From Mobula hypostoma (lineage: Eukaryota): DNA of 64,000 nucleotides. Each line of letters begins with the position of its first letter. The first letter of the stretch is position 1. Position numbers and translations under genes: made by a program. The notes below the pieces were generated by a model. That model worked only from the letters and a program-made list of their open reading frames with translations. It was not told the origin of the DNA and did no database searches. Where the stretch lies: assembly GCF_963921235.1 (NCBI RefSeq), contig NC_086097.1, forward strand, positions 9,734,001 through 9,798,000, read 5' to 3'. Shown in pieces: positions 62,358 through 64,000 of this stretch.

Positions 62358-63444
62358 ACACAAAGTACATATCTATCACCATATATACAACCCTGTCATT
62401 TTTTTCTTGCAGGCATACTCAGTAAATCCATAATAGAATAATAACCGTAATAGAATCAATGAAAGGCCACACCTACTCACCTTTCAACCAAAGTGAAAAA
62501 ACAACAAAGATAGAAAGTTTAACAGAAATGATGACATTCCAAAAGAGAGATATCAATAAATGAATGTTGCCGTAATTGTAAGGTGCTCTGCCTCAACAAG
62601 CAGTATTTTATACAGAACTTGACATGTGATTTACTACTTGTTTAGCAAGTGTCTTTTGTATATCAAGTCAAATCGATACCGATGTATGTTAATTCTATGG
62701 CATCTGAGTGAATTGTTCATATCCTTCACAGCCCATATTGTAATACTATATTCCTTTAAACAATTATTGGATTTTCATTATGTAACTAGTAGAACATTAA
62801 AAACTAGTTCATAAAACCTTGCTGTATATCATAATTTGATTCAGTAGTTTTGCTTTATACAGATTCTTTTAAAGGGGATATTTTATATGTTTCTTTCTAG
62901 CAGTGAATACAACATTAATGATGTTTGGCATATGCATTTTAAAAGATAATAAAATGGAATGAAACAGCCCAATAATTCTGCCTCCAAACTCGATCTTATG
63001 ATGTTCAGACTGAACATATTCAGACAACATGCTGGGAGACAAGATGAAAGTGGTTAATCTAGAAGCCCCATCAGTCATTGATCTGGGACCATGGAAATGT
63101 CATTCATCCAAAGTCTCGCATATCTACATATATAAGAATCAGAATCAAGTTTCGTATCACTGGCATAAGTCGTGAAATTTGTTGTTATGTGGCAGCAGTA
63201 CATAAGAAGAAAAGAGAAGAGTAATGAGGAGGTGTTCGTGGGTTCAATGTCCATTAGGAAATCCGATGGCAGAGTGGAAAAAGACATTTCTAATTGACTG
63301 AATGTGTGTCTTCAGGCTTTGGTACCTCCATCCTGATGGTAGCAATGAGAAGAGGGCATATCCTGGATGTTGTGAGTCCTTTTGCTGTCTTTTTGAGACA
63401 TTACTCCTTGAAGATGTCCTGGATGCTGGTGAGGTTAGGGTCCA

Positions 63445-63930
63445 TGACCCAGCAGGCGACGAGGCACGGCAGCAGCGGCCTTTCGGATCTGGTGCTACTT
63501 TAATTTAGTTTTTAATTTAATTTTAAGGCGCAATTAGGGTTTAGGGCAATGGATAACAGAGCGACTATCTACCATCACCAGATACTGCTACAATACAGAG
63601 ATCGCCCAAAAACAAACCTTCTTGAAGATCTGCTGGTTAAATTGCGCGACCTCGGCTTGCTGAGGGAATCAGGCCCGCAGTCCTCGGAGACGCCTGATGC
63701 CGGTGGCTGGAGGTGGGGACGTTGTAAGTGGTGTGCGAGGAAGCGGAAGCGAGGCGAGCAGGCAGGAGTCCGTGCCAGGAAAAAAGCAAGTCCTAGCCAG
63801 CTGGCTCTCCCGTCCATTCTTCTCTCCAGTGGCACTAAATTGGACTACATCCGACTCCAAGGAAATACTCAGCGGGAGTACAGAAACCGACGGAATCCTG
63901 GACGCCGCCGTTCAGCTGTTTATTTATGTA
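63445..63930 (+). mobile_element. Rex1/Babar 5' end, internally deleted
   Basis: ATG at ~63549 reading [56 protein letters not shown] (basic leader plus APE N-terminus), then a jump to 3'-end-like sequence. Confidence 0.7.
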
Positions 63931-64000
63931 ACAGCTTTTCCCCCAAGCCATCCTATTGCCCTCCAAAATGCCTATGGTCTTGTTTATTATTTATTGTAAT

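Overview
Vertebrate nuclear DNA, intergenic or deep-intronic, made largely of nested transposable elements. The repeat mix (CR1/HER1-like LINEs, HE1-like V-SINEs, Rex1/Babar, Penelope-like elements) suggests a cartilaginous fish such as a ray or shark; this is inference. I found no host protein-coding exon, rRNA, tRNA gene or CRISPR array that I can support. The main feature is at 49.2-56.2 kb, where a Tc1-like remnant contains a CR1 LINE that carries three Penelope-like element (PLE) insertions. One is a young 3-kb 5'-truncated RT + GIY-YIG copy broken by a single frameshift. One is a near-perfect ~410-bp-arm palindrome made of two head-to-head PLE 3' ends. One is a 145-bp mini-foldback. The PLE 3' ends carry a minimal type I hammerhead ribozyme (CUGACGA...GAAACGUC). 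Five PLE insertions in the window show 14-16 bp target-site duplications, and four of them have a two-armed, 3'-ends-outward structure. Also present are a Chapaev3-like DNA transposon remnant, two HERO-like fragments, a fragmented Gypsy element, RTE-derived non-autonomous families with structured ends, an unexplained 50-bp inverted repeat, and a CR1 inserted antisense at its own homologous position. Boundaries of old repeats are approximate, and family names come from motif recall rather than a database search.
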